From positions 320,912,001-320,976,000 of the forward strand of contig OZ024742.1 in the NCBI GenBank assembly GCA_964016885.1: a stretch of 64,000 bases of DNA, written 5' to 3'. Shown here piece after piece: positions 27,715 to 42,223 of the stretch. Under the pieces are notes generated by a model. The model was not told the DNA's origin, did no database searches, and saw nothing but the letters and a program-made list of their open reading frames with translations. Numbering within the stretch: position 1 is the stretch's first letter; the number at the start of each line of letters is the position of its first letter. The position numbers were made by a program, and so were the translations under genes. Source of the stretch: Eledone cirrhosa. Taxonomy: Eukaryota.

Positions 27715-28165
27715 CGTACGTATATGTAGAAGTTATATTTAATTTGTTGGGATACAACAAGCAAATATTTTTATAACTGATATAAAGCACTCAACAAATT
27801 ATTGGAGTAAAAATACAATATATTAACAAATGGAAACTATATTTATAAAACCATATTTATTTCATTATACATATTTCAAGGACACCAAAGCAAATTATGG
27901 TGCGCTTTCATCAGATAAAATATAATATAGATCATTTTTATAGACAAATATTGACATACCCTTAAAAAATGCGACCATGTCGGTTGGAAGCTCCCGTCCA
28001 ACAGACATGGTCGCATTCTTTAAGGGTATGTCAATAATTGTTTATAAAACTGATCTATAATATATTTTATCTGATGAAAGCGCACCATAATTTGCTTTGG
28101 TGTCCTTGAAATATGTATAATGAAATAAATATAGTTTTATAAATATAGTTTCCATTTGTTAATAA
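27715..28165. mobile_element. Fold-back insert, family B, with an intact-looking hammerhead on both arms
   Basis: Arms centred near 27992; CTGATGA at 28071, GAAA at 28108; mirror copy at about 27858-27922. Confidence 0.8.
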
Positions 28166-28315
28166 ATTGTACACGTACGTATGTGTTTATATGTATGCGA
28201 TTGAGCGTGTGTTTATTTCTGTTTGCGAGCATGTGTACGTGTGTATGTGAGTATTTGTGTGTATTTGTATGTATACATGTAAACGTGTATATGTACGTGT
28301 GTGTGTGTGTGTGTA

Positions 28316-28384
<69 letters not shown>

Positions 28385-28482
28385 GGGTATGATAGACTGA
28401 AGCATGTGTGGAAGCGAGTTATCGTAGAAACATAGATATGGGAGAGTGAGGGGGATGGGAGTAGGAATGTTGATAGATTGAA

Positions 28483-28571
<89 letters not shown>

Positions 28572-29141
28572 GAAGAGTAGGACAAGAGAGATTGAACCAC
28601 TGTTATAAGAGACATTTTGAATATATTAACCGACTTTTTAATAGTGTTTGTTTATAATGTGTATTTGTGTGTCTGTGTGTATACACGTGCGAGCATATGT
28701 GTGTATATGTGTATATGTTCTGTGTGTATATGTGTGTATGTAAGTCTATATATGTATACATGTGTGTGTTTATTAGTATGTATTTTATGTATGTAGGTAT
28801 TTATGTATGTATGTATGCACGAATGTATGTATGTATGAATGAACGTATGTATGTATGTATGTATGTATGTATGTATATGTGTATGTATGTATATATATGT
28901 ATGTCTGTGTGGATGTGCTGGTGTATGTATATATACATATGTGCGTGTGCGTGTACTTCTACACTCTATTGTTGTGAGTTAGTCACTATACAACATAGAT
29001 CAATGTTGTTGTTGCTGTTATCCCTCGTAGTTCTAGATCCGTCTCATTACATTCTGAGTCCAAATCATCTGAGTTCCCGTCTGCCTTTCATCCTTCGGAT
29101 ATCGGTAAAATGAACTACCAGTCAAATACTAGGGTTGATAT

Positions 29142-32100
29142 AATACATACTCTTCCCTAACAATATATACTCTTCCCGAACAATACATACTCTTCCCTAA
29201 CAATATATACTCTTCCCTAACAATACATACTCTTGCCTAACAATATATACTCTTCCCTAACAATACATACTCTTGCCTAACAATATATACTCTTCCCTAA
29301 CAATATATACTCTTCCCTAACAATACATACTCTTGCCTAACAATATATACACTTGCCTAACAATATATACTCTTCCCTAACAATACATACTCTTGCCTAA
29401 CAATATATACTCTTCCCTAACAATATATACTCTTCCCTAACAATACATACTCTTGCCTAACAATATATACTCTTCCCTAACAATACATACTCTTGCCTAA
29501 CAATATATACTCTTGCCTAACAATATATACTCTTCCCTAACAATATATACTCTTCCCTAACAATATATACTCTTCCCTAACAATATATACTCTTCCCTAA
29601 CAATATATACTCTTCCCTAACAATATATACTCTTCCCTAACAATACATACTCTTGCCTAACAATATATACTCTTCCCTAACAATATATACTCTTGCCTAA
29701 CAATACATACTCTTCCCTAACAATACATACTCTTCCCTAACAATACATACTCTTCCCTAACAATACATACTCTTCCCTAACAATATATACTCTTCCCTAA
29801 CAATACATACTCTTGCCTAACAATATATACTCTTCCCTAACAATACATACTCTTGCATAACAATATATACTCTTCCGTAACAATATATACTCTTCCCTAA
29901 CAATATATACTCTTCCATAACAATACATACTCTTGCCTAACAATATATACTCTTCCCTAACAATATATACTCTTCCCTAACAATACATACTCTTCCCTAA
30001 CAATACATACTCTTGCCTAACAATATATACTCTTCCCTAACAATATATACTCTTCCCTAATAAACAATACATACTCTTCCCTAACAATATATACTCTTCC
30101 CTAACAATACATACTCTTCCCTAACAATACATACTCTTCCCTAACAATATAAACTCTTCCCTAACAATATATACTCTTCCCTAATAAACAATACATACTC
30201 TTCGCTAACAATATATACTCTTGCCTAACAATACATACTCTTGCCTAACAATACATACTCTTCCCTAACAAACAATACTCTTCCCTAACATACAATACTC
30301 TTCCCTAACAATACATACTCTTCTCTAACAAACAATACATACTCTTCCCTAACAATACATACTCTTCCCTAACAATACATACTCTTCCCTAACAATACAT
30401 ACTCTTCCCTAACAATACATACTCTTCCCTAACAAACAATACTCTTGTCTAACAATACATACTCTTCCCTAACAAACAATACTCTTCCCTAACAATACAT
30501 ACTCTTGCCTAACAATACATACTCTTCCCTAACAAACAATACTCTTCCCTAACAAACAATACTCTTCCCTAACAATACATACTCTTCCCTAACAAACAAT
30601 ACATACTCTTCCCTAACAATACATACTCTTGCCTAACAATACATACTCTTCCCTAACAATACATACTCTTCCCTAACAATACATACTCTTCCCTAACAAT
30701 ATATACTCTTCCCTAACAATACATACTCTTCCCTAACAATACATACTCTTCCCTAACAATACATACTCTTCCCTAACAATACATACTCTTCCCTAACAAT
30801 ACATACTCTTCCCTAACAAACAATACTCTTCCCTAACAATACATACTCTTCCCTAACAATACATACTCTTCCCTAACAATACATACTCTTGCCTAACAAT
30901 ACATACTCTTGCCTAACAATACATACTCTTGCCTAACAATATATACTCTTCCCTAACAATACATACTCTTGCCTAACAATATATACTCTTCCCTAACAAT
31001 ACATACTCTTGCCTAACAATATATACTCTTCCCTAACAATACATACTCTTGCCTAACAATACATACTCTTGCCTAACAATATATACTCTTCCCTAACAAT
31101 ACATACTCTTGCCTAACAATATATACTCTTCCCTAACAATATATACTCTTCCCTAACAAACAATACATACTCTTGCCTAACAATACATACTCTTGCCTAA
31201 CAATACATACTCTTGCCTAACAATATATACTCTTGCCTAACAATACATACTTTTGCCTAACAATACATACTCTTCCCTAACAATACATACTCTTGCCTAA
31301 CAATACATACTCTTGCCTAACAATACATACTCTTCCCTAACAATACATACTCTTGCCTAACAATACATACTCTTGCCTAACAATACATACTCTTCCCTAA
31401 CAATACATACTCTTGCCTAACAATACATACTCTTGCCTAACAATACATACTCTTCCCTAACAATACATACTCTTGCCTAACAATACATACTCTTGCCTAA
31501 CAATATATACTCTTGCCTAACAATACATACTCTTCCCTAACAATACATACTCTTGCCTAACAATACATACTCTTCCCTAACAATACATACTCTTCCCTAA
31601 CAATACATACTCTTCCCTAACAATACATACTCTTGCCTAACAATACATACTCTTCCCTAACAATACATACTCTTGCCTAACAATACATACTCTTGCCTAA
31701 CAATACATACTCTTCCCTAACAATACATACTCTTGCCTAACAATACATACTCTTCCCTAACAATACATACTCTTGCCTAACAATACATACTCTTGCCTAA
31801 CAATACATACTCTTGCCTAACAATATATACTCTTGCCTAACAATACATACTCTTGCCTAACAATACATACTCTTGCCTAACAATATATACTCTTGCCTAA
31901 CAATACATACTCTTCCCTAACAATACATACTCTTCCCTAACAATACATACTCTTGCCTAACAATACATACTCTTGCCTAACAATATATACTCTTGCCTAA
32001 CAATACATACTCTTCCATAACAATACATACTCTTGCCTAACAATACATACTCTTGCCTAACAATACATACTCTTGCCTAACAATACATACTCTTCCCTAA

Positions 32101-33813
32101 CAATACATACTCTTGCCTAACAATACATACTCTTGCCTAACAATACATACTCTTGCCTAACATTACATACTCTTCCCTAACAATACATACTCTTGCCTAA
32201 CAATACATACTCTTCCCTAACAATACATACTCTTGCCTAACAATACATACTCTTCCCTAACAATACATACTCTTCCCTAACAATACATACTCTTGCCTAA
32301 CAATACATACTCTTCCCTAACAATACATACTCTTCCCTAACAATACATACTCTTCCCTAACAAACAATACTCTTCCCTAACAATACATACTCTTCCCTAA
32401 CAATACATACTCTTCCCTAACAATATATACTCTTCCCTAACAATACATACTCTTCCCTAACAAACAATACTCTTCCCTAACAATACATACTCTTCCCTAA
32501 CAAACAATACTCTTCCCTAACAATATATACTCTTCCTAGCAAACAATACTCTTTCCTAACAATATATACTCTTCCCTAACAAACAATACTCTTCCCTAAC
32601 AATACATACTCTTCCCTAACAATACATACTCTTCCCTAACAATACATACTCTTCCCTAACAATACATACTCTTGCCTAACAATATATACTCTTCAGTAAC
32701 AATATATACTCTTCCCTAACAAACAATACATACTCTTCCCTAACAATATATACTCTTCCCTAACAATACATACTCTTCCCTAACAATACATACTCTTCCC
32801 TAACAAACAATACATACTCTTCCCTAACAATATATCCTCTTCCCTAACAATATATACTCTTCCCTAACAATACATACTCTTCCCTAACAAACAATACATA
32901 CTCTTCCCTAACAATATATACTCTTCCCTAACAATACATACTCTTCCCTAACAATACACACTCTTCCCTAACAATACATACTCTTGCCTAACAATATATA
33001 CTCTTCCCTAACAATACATACTCTTCCCTAACAATACATACTCTTCCCTAACAATACATACTCTTGCCTAACAATACATACTCTTGCCTAACAATATATA
33101 CTCTTCCCTAACAATACATACTCTTCCCTAACAATACATACTCTTGCTTAACAATATATACTCTTCCCTAACAATACATACTCTTGCCTAACAATATATA
33201 CTCTTCCCTAACAAACATACTCTTGCCTAACAATATATACTCTTCCCTAACAATACATACTCTTCCCTAACAATACATACTCTTCCCTAACAATATATAC
33301 TCTTCCCTAACAATACATACTCTTCCCTAACAATACATACTCTTGCCTAACAATATATACTCTTCCCTAACAATACATACTCTTGCCTAACAATATATAG
33401 TCTTCCCTAACAATACATACTCTTGCCTAACAATATATACTCTTCCCTAACAATACATACTCTTGCCTAACAATATATACTCTTCCCTAACAATACATAC
33501 TCTTGCCTAACAATATATACTCTTCCCTAACATTACATACTCTTCCCTAACAATACATACTCTTCCCTAACAATACATACTCTTGCCTAACAATACATAC
33601 TCTTCCCTAACAATACATACTCTTCCCTAACAATACATACTCTTCCCTAACAAACAATACTCTTCCCTAACAAACAATACTCTTCCCTAACAATACATAC
33701 TCTTCCCTAACAATATATACTCTTCCCTAACAATACATACTCTTCCCTAACAATACATACTCTTCCCTAACAATACATACTCTTCCCTAACAATACATAC
33801 TCTTCCCTAACAA
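29142..33813. repeat. 20-bp minisatellite CAATA(C/T)ATACTCTT(C/G)CCTAA, about 230 copies, inside a SINE
   Basis: Period of 20; SINE core upstream (29050-29140) and SINE tail downstream (33813-33850). Confidence 0.97.
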
Positions 33814-34145
33814 AATTGTTAGCCTTCGGCTAATGTTAGCAATAATTATTAGTAAATCTGATGATAGCTGGATGAAAGTGAGGAACATGGCTCGAGAGTA
33901 TGAGCCTAGTCTGAGCATGCGTTAGTAGACGGAGGGACGATAGCTAAGAGAGGATATTTGCTCTTGATAGCTAGGAGGAGTTAGCATTTAACAACTTAAT
34001 GATGTTTTAAATTGCCAGCACACAGTGAGGCATTGTATATGTAAAACCTTTAAATAACACAGGCCTTCTGTGGTCGTGCACGAGTTTTTATTTGTAACAC
34101 TAGCTGAAATTGTTATAAAGTAGAATATATCTATATGAATACATA

Positions 34146-34230
<85 letters not shown>

Positions 34231-34358
34231 CATACCTACAATTTTTACCTACATTTTTTCCAGTTTTAACATTTGAAAATGAATTTCCTTATATGAATGT
34301 ATATATATATATATATATATAATCATATAGCATATACACACACACACGCGCACACACA

Positions 34359-34443
<85 letters not shown>

Positions 34444-34734
34444 GTGTGTGTGTGTATGTGTATATACTATAGGATTATATATATATATATAATTAGGGAT
34501 TGTAACGTCCAGTTTCTGTAGGTTTACCAGAGTAGGTATGTTAGTGTAGTATGTGTATGTGTTTGTCTGTGAAAAGTTCCTCATCGAGGAAAAATGCGGG
34601 GCAAGGTGATTTGTGGATACATGCCTTCCACAAAAACACATTTACCGGGTTTTTGTCTCGATGGGGAACATTCCATGTGTAAAACCCGGGGTCATTCGTG
34701 TCCGAAGGCGGTATTTACCTTTAATACACACACG

Positions 34735-34767
<33 letters not shown>

Positions 34768-35532
34768 TAATGTATTTTTAACTCTGATACTGGTTCAGTC
34801 TAATTCAACCGGATTGGTCTGTCCCAGTCATTCATTGAGCAACATCGGTAAGGTTGGCACCATTAACTCACGGTTGGGTGTGGATGCATTCATGTATATG
34901 TGTGTGTCCGCATGTATCTGTGTGTTTCTAAATATATTGTTCATAACTCCCCCTGGTCGAGTAATCTTTGAAGTGTGGTGACTGCTGGAAAGCTGCCATT
35001 ACTCATACTTCTCGCCCCCTTCACCACCTCTTCTACGGCTTCGATATAAATACCCTCTCCGCCTCCGTGGTATTTTCTTCGGGGTTATAAGAGGCTTAGC
35101 TCTGTTTCTCGACCGTTATATCGCGTGACTATCTCCACCTCCGCCTTTTGGGATTCTTTCTCACGTCATGTAGACGCGTTCTTGAAGCTAGTAAAACGAG
35201 GTATCCTCTTGATAAGTCGGCAGACCTCGCAAAGACTCTATATCTTTATGATGTATTGTTTTTGTTTATGCCACGAAACTACGTAGTCGAGGAATCTAGG
35301 AGCAGTTTAGGTATGATACGTTTTATTACTAATTATATCTAAATGTTTCTTCTCTCTTCATAATGTATTTTTAACTCTGATACTGGTTCAGTCTAATTCA
35401 ACCGGATTGGTCTGTCCCAGTCATTCATTGAGCAACATCGGTAAGGTTGGCACCATTAACTCACGGTTGGGTGTGGATGCATTCATGTATGTGTGTGTGT
35501 CCGCATGTATCTGTGTGTTTCTAAATATATTG

Positions 35533-35534
<2 letters not shown>
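34768..35534 (+). mobile_element. Terminally redundant TA-embedded insert (593-nt unit plus 174-nt repeat), retrozyme/pLTR-like
   Basis: 34768-34941 is repeated at 35361-35534; (TA)n on both sides; internal hammerhead. Confidence 0.75.
35204..35293 (+). ncRNA. Type I hammerhead ribozyme, U3-A8 core variant
   Basis: tcctc-TTGATAA-gt(c)ggca...tgccac-GAAA-ctacgtag-TC^gagga; predicted cleavage after 35288. Confidence 0.7.
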
Positions 35535-35605
<71 letters not shown>

Positions 35606-35661
35606 TAGATAGATATAAATATATGTATATATATATATATATATATATACATATATATATG

Positions 35662-35708
<47 letters not shown>

Positions 35709-35752
35709 GTATATATATGTATATATATGTATATATATATATGTATATATGT

Positions 35753-35811
<59 letters not shown>

Positions 35812-35877
35812 TATATGTATATATCTATATATTATATATATATATATACATGTATATATGTATATATATATATATTA

Positions 35878-36021
<144 letters not shown>

Positions 36022-36517
36022 TATATATATCCTTGCTGACCATTATCGCAACAACGAACCTCTTTACTACTACTACTACTACTACACACACACACACACA
36101 TATTTGTCTTGAAAGACTTATTTTTCAGTGACTTCTCAATCAGCCGAGACAAACCTACTTTTGGCGCAAAATCAATTTTTAACATTAACATGACCTCTAC
36201 TGACCAATCAAATTTGTTTTGACCACAAGAATTTTTTCATACATCTGGAGCCACTTTTTTTTACATAAAACAGGTAGAATTTCTAAAACTAATCAGATTA
36301 GAGCAAACATCACGGGCGCTCTATCTCAAAATTATTTTTGAAAAGCATTAGAAATGCGCAACCGGTAAAACTTAAAACCAAAACTGAATACTAACCAATA
36401 CTATTACTAATTTTTACTTATTCCTAATTAAACTATTTTTCACTGGGAACAATTTGTCAGCATTTTCTTTTCCTTTTACGAATAGATGATAACTCGTGTG
36501 TTACACGTCTATTCTTT

Positions 36518-36580
<63 letters not shown>

Positions 36581-36588
<8 letters not shown>

Positions 36589-37095
36589 AACAAGGGGAGA
36601 AGAATACTGCATGGTTGCACATGGATTACATATTATAAAATTAGTCCCTCATCAGTGATTTGCCAACCATCATTGGTATTTCAGCGCATTAAAAATCAGA
36701 TAACTCAGGTTGGTGCGAGCAATAACTAAAATAAGCTATTGGGACAAGTGAAACGCGTAAAGCGAGTGAGACAAGTAAACAACAGAAGGAAAAGCAAACC
36801 GAAGGTTGGAAAAACAGCAAGCAACATGGTAGTTATCAGCATAAGCTGGGTGAATTTCATGACCGGTCAGAGAAGCAGACCGTATGCCGTGAATGCGATG
36901 TGAGAAAGAAGGAACCCCACTACTAGCGAACGTGAGGAAGTGAGAAGGGGAGAAACAGAGAGTGAGTGAGTGGAAGTGCGAGGAAGAGGTCAGTCGAGAG
37001 AAAGTGTAACTGAGGTAAATATATATGAAAAACAAGAGGAGAAGAATACTGCATGGTTGCACATGGATTACATATTATAAAATTAGTCCCTCATC
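36581..37095 (-). mobile_element. Terminally redundant TA-embedded insert, family G (442-nt unit)
   Basis: About 73 nt at 36581 is repeated at 37023; CTGATGA on the minus strand at 36650-36656; related sequence at about 50300-50652 and 47808-47842. Confidence 0.65.
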
Positions 37096-37120
37096 GCTAT
37101 ATATATATATATGTATATAT

Positions 37121-37767
37121 ATACAAATATAAATTAGCGAGAATCGTATTTCGGCTATTGGAAATTAGCGAAAAACAACTTCCGAGATGTGTGGCAAGCG
37201 CTCAATAAATTCTAACGAACCAGAGCTACAACATACGTTAAAAGGCCAAACACACTGAGACGATGGTTAAACCATTATCCGCACAACCATAGAAACGACC
37301 AAGTAATTCGGGTCAAGCAAATAAAAAAAATGTGATTGAAATATTTACCCGGACCCCCGGATGGTTGGTAAAATCCAGCATTTGGGTTTCTGCGACTCCT
37401 AAATCAAGTACTGTCCGCTTAGACAAATAATGTTAAGCTTTTGGTAAGATGATTGAACGAGGACGTCACTTTCTCAACAGGTTTTAGTTCAAGTGCCATG
37501 CCAAGGATTGACCCTTACCAATACCCACGTGGGGCTCGGCAAGGGAGGCAACCCTTATTTTTGGCGGAAGAATTCAGTGTGTAATATTGCAAAATTGCAA
37601 AATATCACAAAACGAATTAAGTTCTCAACAGAATGGTTTTAAAGTTAACAAAAGCTATTCATCAGTCAATAGAATCAACTAAAAAAAATCAAGAAAATTA
37701 ACTGGTCAATAGCTAGACTCTGGAGATTAATACAAATATAAATTAGCGAGAATCGTATTTCGGCTAT
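37121..37767. mobile_element. Terminally redundant TA-embedded insert (609-nt unit, 38-nt repeat)
   Basis: atacaaatataaattagcgagaatcgtatttcggctat at 37121 and 37730; (TA)n flanks. Confidence 0.6.
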
Positions 37768-38007
37768 GTATATATATATATATATATATATACAGCGAAT
37801 GTAACGCGAAGTTACTGTATGTTCACCCAGGTGAGCACTCAATAGATGGGATTCACATCATTAACGTGGTGTAGAGCTAGACAGAGTGAGATATAATAAT
37901 ACAAGGACGAGGTTTTGATTCCTGAGTCGGGCCAGATCGATAGAGATCGAACCTTGAGCCGATCAGTAGTAAAACGCGCGTCACCAATCAATATACATAA
38001 ATATATA

Positions 38008-38067
<60 letters not shown>

Positions 38068-38326
38068 TTTTGCGAGGTTTTTTATATGAAATCGTGTGTC
38101 GAAACAGATATTGTTATACTTGGGGAGGGTCATATTTGCGTAATATTGCCAGAATTAATAACAGAACACACTCACTGTTTGGTTGGTTTTCGCTTCTCGC
38201 TGTCTTTTATTATATCTGCGATCTAACTTACTCGGTCCTCAATGTTGCCATTGACTGACCGGCGGTCAAAAATAATACAGATACAATATAGACACAAACA
38301 CATATATATATATATAGTTTACATAA

Positions 38327-39262
38327 TTTACATAAATCTTTCGTTGCACATCTGCAACATCGTCAGTGGTGTTATATTCATTGTTCCTCCTGTTGTGTTG
38401 TATGTCTACGCCATTTTTTATTCAGTCTGTCTATATATTTATTTATTTATTTGCTTGTTTGTTTATCTTATTTTATTTTGTCTTCTTTGCGCATGCGTTT
38501 GCGTGTGTGTATAGTGTTATGTGTGATGTGTGACTAGTGTGTATAGTGTTGTGTCTGCTGGGTGACTAGTGTGTGTTTATGTGCTTGTTGTTATTGTGCT
38601 TGTGTATGTATTTATTTATCTTATTTTATTTAATTTTATTTACTTATTTATACTTCTCTTAGGTCAGTGTTGTTTGTTTGGGTGTTGTTGTTGTTCCACT
38701 CATTCTTTCTGTTTAGCTTTGGTCTTCTAATTTCTATTTCACTGGCCTCTCTGATTTGCCTATCTGCTGGGTCATTCCTATGTTTAGATATTATTCTAAT
38801 TTCTATGTTGTCTATGTTACCGTCATGTTGTTGTCTAGCATGTTCGTATAGTACTGACCCGTTTTTTCGTCCTTTTAGTTCCCCCCAGTGTTGGTCTATC
38901 CTTTCACCTATGCTACGAGCTGTCTCACCTATGTATGTTGTTGTCATGTTTCTGCAAGTACCCTCTGTACATCTTATGCTATAGACTACGTTTCTAGTTT
39001 TACAGTTTATCCGGGGGTTCACCTTACATATGATACACTTCCTATTGGTACAGTGGGTTTTCTTAAAAGGGTAGGTTTTGCTGATCAGGGATTTTATGGT
39101 GGTTCCTGGCTTTTCTACCACCTTTATTTTTAAGTGGGTCTTTCTCAGGGCCTTTCTACACTGGTTAGCTAATTTCCCTCCAGGGGTGGCGTCCACAAAC
39201 ATGACACTCTGATATCTCTGGTTGTCGTACCATGATGTGGCCTTCATGGATTTGCCAGCGCT
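38327..39262 (-). mobile_element. Penelope-like element (Nematis-like) 3' fragment: GIY-YIG endonuclease plus 3' UTR with hammerhead
   Basis: ORF 38648-39247: VMFVDATPGG, VVEKPG, C..C..C, NVVYSIRC, YIGETARS, ER..QH, RQIREA, LNRKNEW. Downstream on the same strand: CTGACGA-t-gttgca-gatg-tgcaac-GAAA-gatt-TA at about 38327-38372 (weak stem I). Confidence 0.85.
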
Positions 39263-39295
39263 GTAGTAGTAGTAGTGGTAGTGGTAGTGGTAGTG

Positions 39296-39356
<61 letters not shown>

Positions 39357-39381
39357 CAGCAGCAGTAGTAGTAGTAGCAAC

Positions 39382-39419
<38 letters not shown>

Positions 39420-39420
39420 C

Positions 39421-39477
<57 letters not shown>

Positions 39478-39496
39478 GGTGGTGGTAGTGGTAGTG

Positions 39497-39551
<55 letters not shown>

Positions 39552-39578
39552 CAACAGTAGTAGTAGTAGCAGCAGCAA

Positions 39579-39638
<60 letters not shown>

Positions 39639-39721
39639 CAGTAGTAGTAGTAGCAACAACAGAAGCAGCAGTGGTAGTAGTAGTAGCAGCAGCAGTAGTA
39701 GTAGCATCAGCAGCAGCAGTG

Positions 39722-39752
<31 letters not shown>

Positions 39753-39927
39753 CAACAGGAGCAGCAGTGGTAGTAGTAGTAGCAGCAGCAGTAGTAATAG
39801 CAGCAGCAGTAGTAGTAGTAGTAGTAGTGGTAGTGGTAGTAGTAGTAGCAGCAGCAGCAGTAGTAGTAGTAGCAACAGGAGCAGCAGTGGTAGTAGTAGT
39901 AGCAGCAGCAGTAGTAATAGCATCAGC

Positions 39928-39974
<47 letters not shown>

Positions 39975-39996
39975 TGGTATTAGTAGTAGCAGCAGC

Positions 39997-40044
<48 letters not shown>
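39263..40044. repeat. (TAG)n/(CAG)n trinucleotide satellite
   Basis: Read directly. Confidence 0.97.
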
Positions 40045-40476
40045 TATTATTGTTATTGTTCTAATGGCTGCTTTTCAATCAGGAAGTTTTATCGTTCATT
40101 TCGTAGAAAAACTAAAATTTGCGGGCCTTTAATATAATAGCGTAGTACAATGATGTTTTTTGTGACGTTGGTGGTGTTGTTGTTTAGCCCCAGATCTGGT
40201 CAGCCCTGAATGAGCAGACCTATAAAAATAGGCATTCAGAAGTGTCTCACCCTCCTATTTTTTCAAGCACGGTAAATTCAAGACCACATCTTGCAATATG
40301 TACTCTATTTCTAGCAGATTTACTGACCATGTAGAGGTCCCTCTCTTGTCGGTTGTGTTAGTAGTGTTGGTAATCATGCTATTATTATTGATGTTGCTGT
40401 TTTCACCCAGGTCTGCCCAGATGAAGTAGAACATTGATTAAAAACGCTCCAATCATGACCAACCAGTTTTTAGCAG

Positions 40477-40622
40477 TTCCAGCATAGTTACGTCACTTTA
40501 CGATCTGAGTTCAAATCCCGCCGAGGTTAACTTTGCCTTTCATCCTTACGGAGTCGATAAAATAAAGTACCAGTAATACACTGAGATAATTGCTGGCCTT
40601 GTGCCAAATGTAGAAACAGTTA
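40477..40622 (+). mobile_element. SINE family 1, 5' truncated
   Basis: B box, core and tail. Confidence 0.85.
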
Positions 40623-42033
40623 TTTGATCGCCGTTGCCTTAAGCAGTATGGTGCCAAAATGAACATTGGCGTACCTAAGTCTTCACCCAACATTATGTGT
40701 GTTAAATTAAATTGAATTTAAAGAAATGTCATATAGATTTAAGTCAATCCAATTCCCATACAAGCAGATTTGTCTTAAAATTAAAATTTACTTCAGGAGT
40801 CGAATCGGAAAAATCGTTAGAGTGTAGGATAAAATGACTTAAGCAGTGTTTGCTCAGGATCTTGGCTCTCTATGCTCAAATCTCTTCAAGATCAACTTTG
40901 TCTTTTATCCTGTCGGGCTCGATAAAATATAGTACCAATGCAAGTCGGTGGATTGGTAAAATTGTTAGAGCGTTAGACAAAATGCTTTGTGGCATTTGTT
41001 GTCTCTTTGCCTTCTGAGTTGTCGCATAGGAGAGTTAATCAGTCGCCCAGTTTAACACAACCATTTGGTTCTTGAGAGCATTTAGTAGAATCCACTCTGT
41101 TGCAAGCATTTGAGCTAGGTGTCTGGTTTGAGGATACCATCCTCTCTGCGACCAGTCAGTTTCAGCGATCGAGACTTACTTTCCTGACTAAGCAGTAAAA
41201 ATGTATGTACAATATAAACTATCTCCTTTCTTATTTAAGTGGGATTATAAGGAGATTTGAATGCTATTTCCAGCAAGACTAGTGGGTGCGCAACCTGGGA
41301 TCCACAGATACCGGGAAGTCAGTACAGTACTGAGAAACCGTGAACTAATCTCAAAATTTCAAATACTTTTAAAAAAATACAATACATGCGTTCAATGCGG
41401 GCACCCCGACACGGCCGCAGTCTAATGACTGAAATCAATAAAAGAATAAAAGAAAGATAATTAAAAGAACACACATGTGTATCTATCTTTCTCAAAATAT
41501 AAATATCTCTCTCTTTCAATTCTGATTCCTGTCGTATTCGTAAATATATAAAATAAAATGTTACTTGCAAAGTTGTTCTTGATCTTTCTTTATCTGATTC
41601 ATATAAGAAAAAACAATGTCATTTCGTCCGAAGAACTAATCGGATGTTAAATAGAAGGGTGTGAGGGGGTGGAACAGTAGGGTAAATTCATTTGGGGTCC
41701 TTGGTATTAAAAAGATTGAGAACTACTGATATAAAAACTTTCTGGCTGACTCAAACATGTCGTTATAGAAGTGCGGGCTGGTAGTAGTATCAGAAATGGA
41801 ACTGTAGTTAATTTTCTTATTTTTAAGGTTATCGTTGTTGATGTTTAGATAAATGTTGTTGTTTTTATAGCCCAGCTTTGACCTGATACAGCAAACCTAG
41901 AACCAAAAGCTGTGCAATGTGGTGCATATCTAGTCGTCTATTTTTCCTGGAATTAAATGAACCTATTTTTGTAAGACGATAGGATGTTCAACATATTCTG
42001 TCACTTCTCAACCGCCATTATTTCATAAATCAT

Positions 42034-42223
42034 GGCGGTGGATTGGCAGTATCGGTAGAGGTTCGGACGCCATGCTTTGACGCATAGAGTTACGGCCCTT
42101 GCCATTCTGAGTTCAAATCCCGCCGAGGTTAACTTTGCCTTTCATCCTTACGGGGTCGATAAAATAAAGTACCAGTAATGTACTGGGTAATTTTCTGGCC
42201 TTGTGCCAATAGTAGAAACAATT
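42034..42223 (+). mobile_element. tRNA-derived SINE family 1 with 14-bp TSD
   Basis: attatttcataaat at 42017 and 42221. Confidence 0.93.

Noticed and set aside
29142-33813. Interstitial telomere
   Set aside because: CCCTAA occurs at most once per 20-bp unit, never in tandem, and is often GCCTAA.
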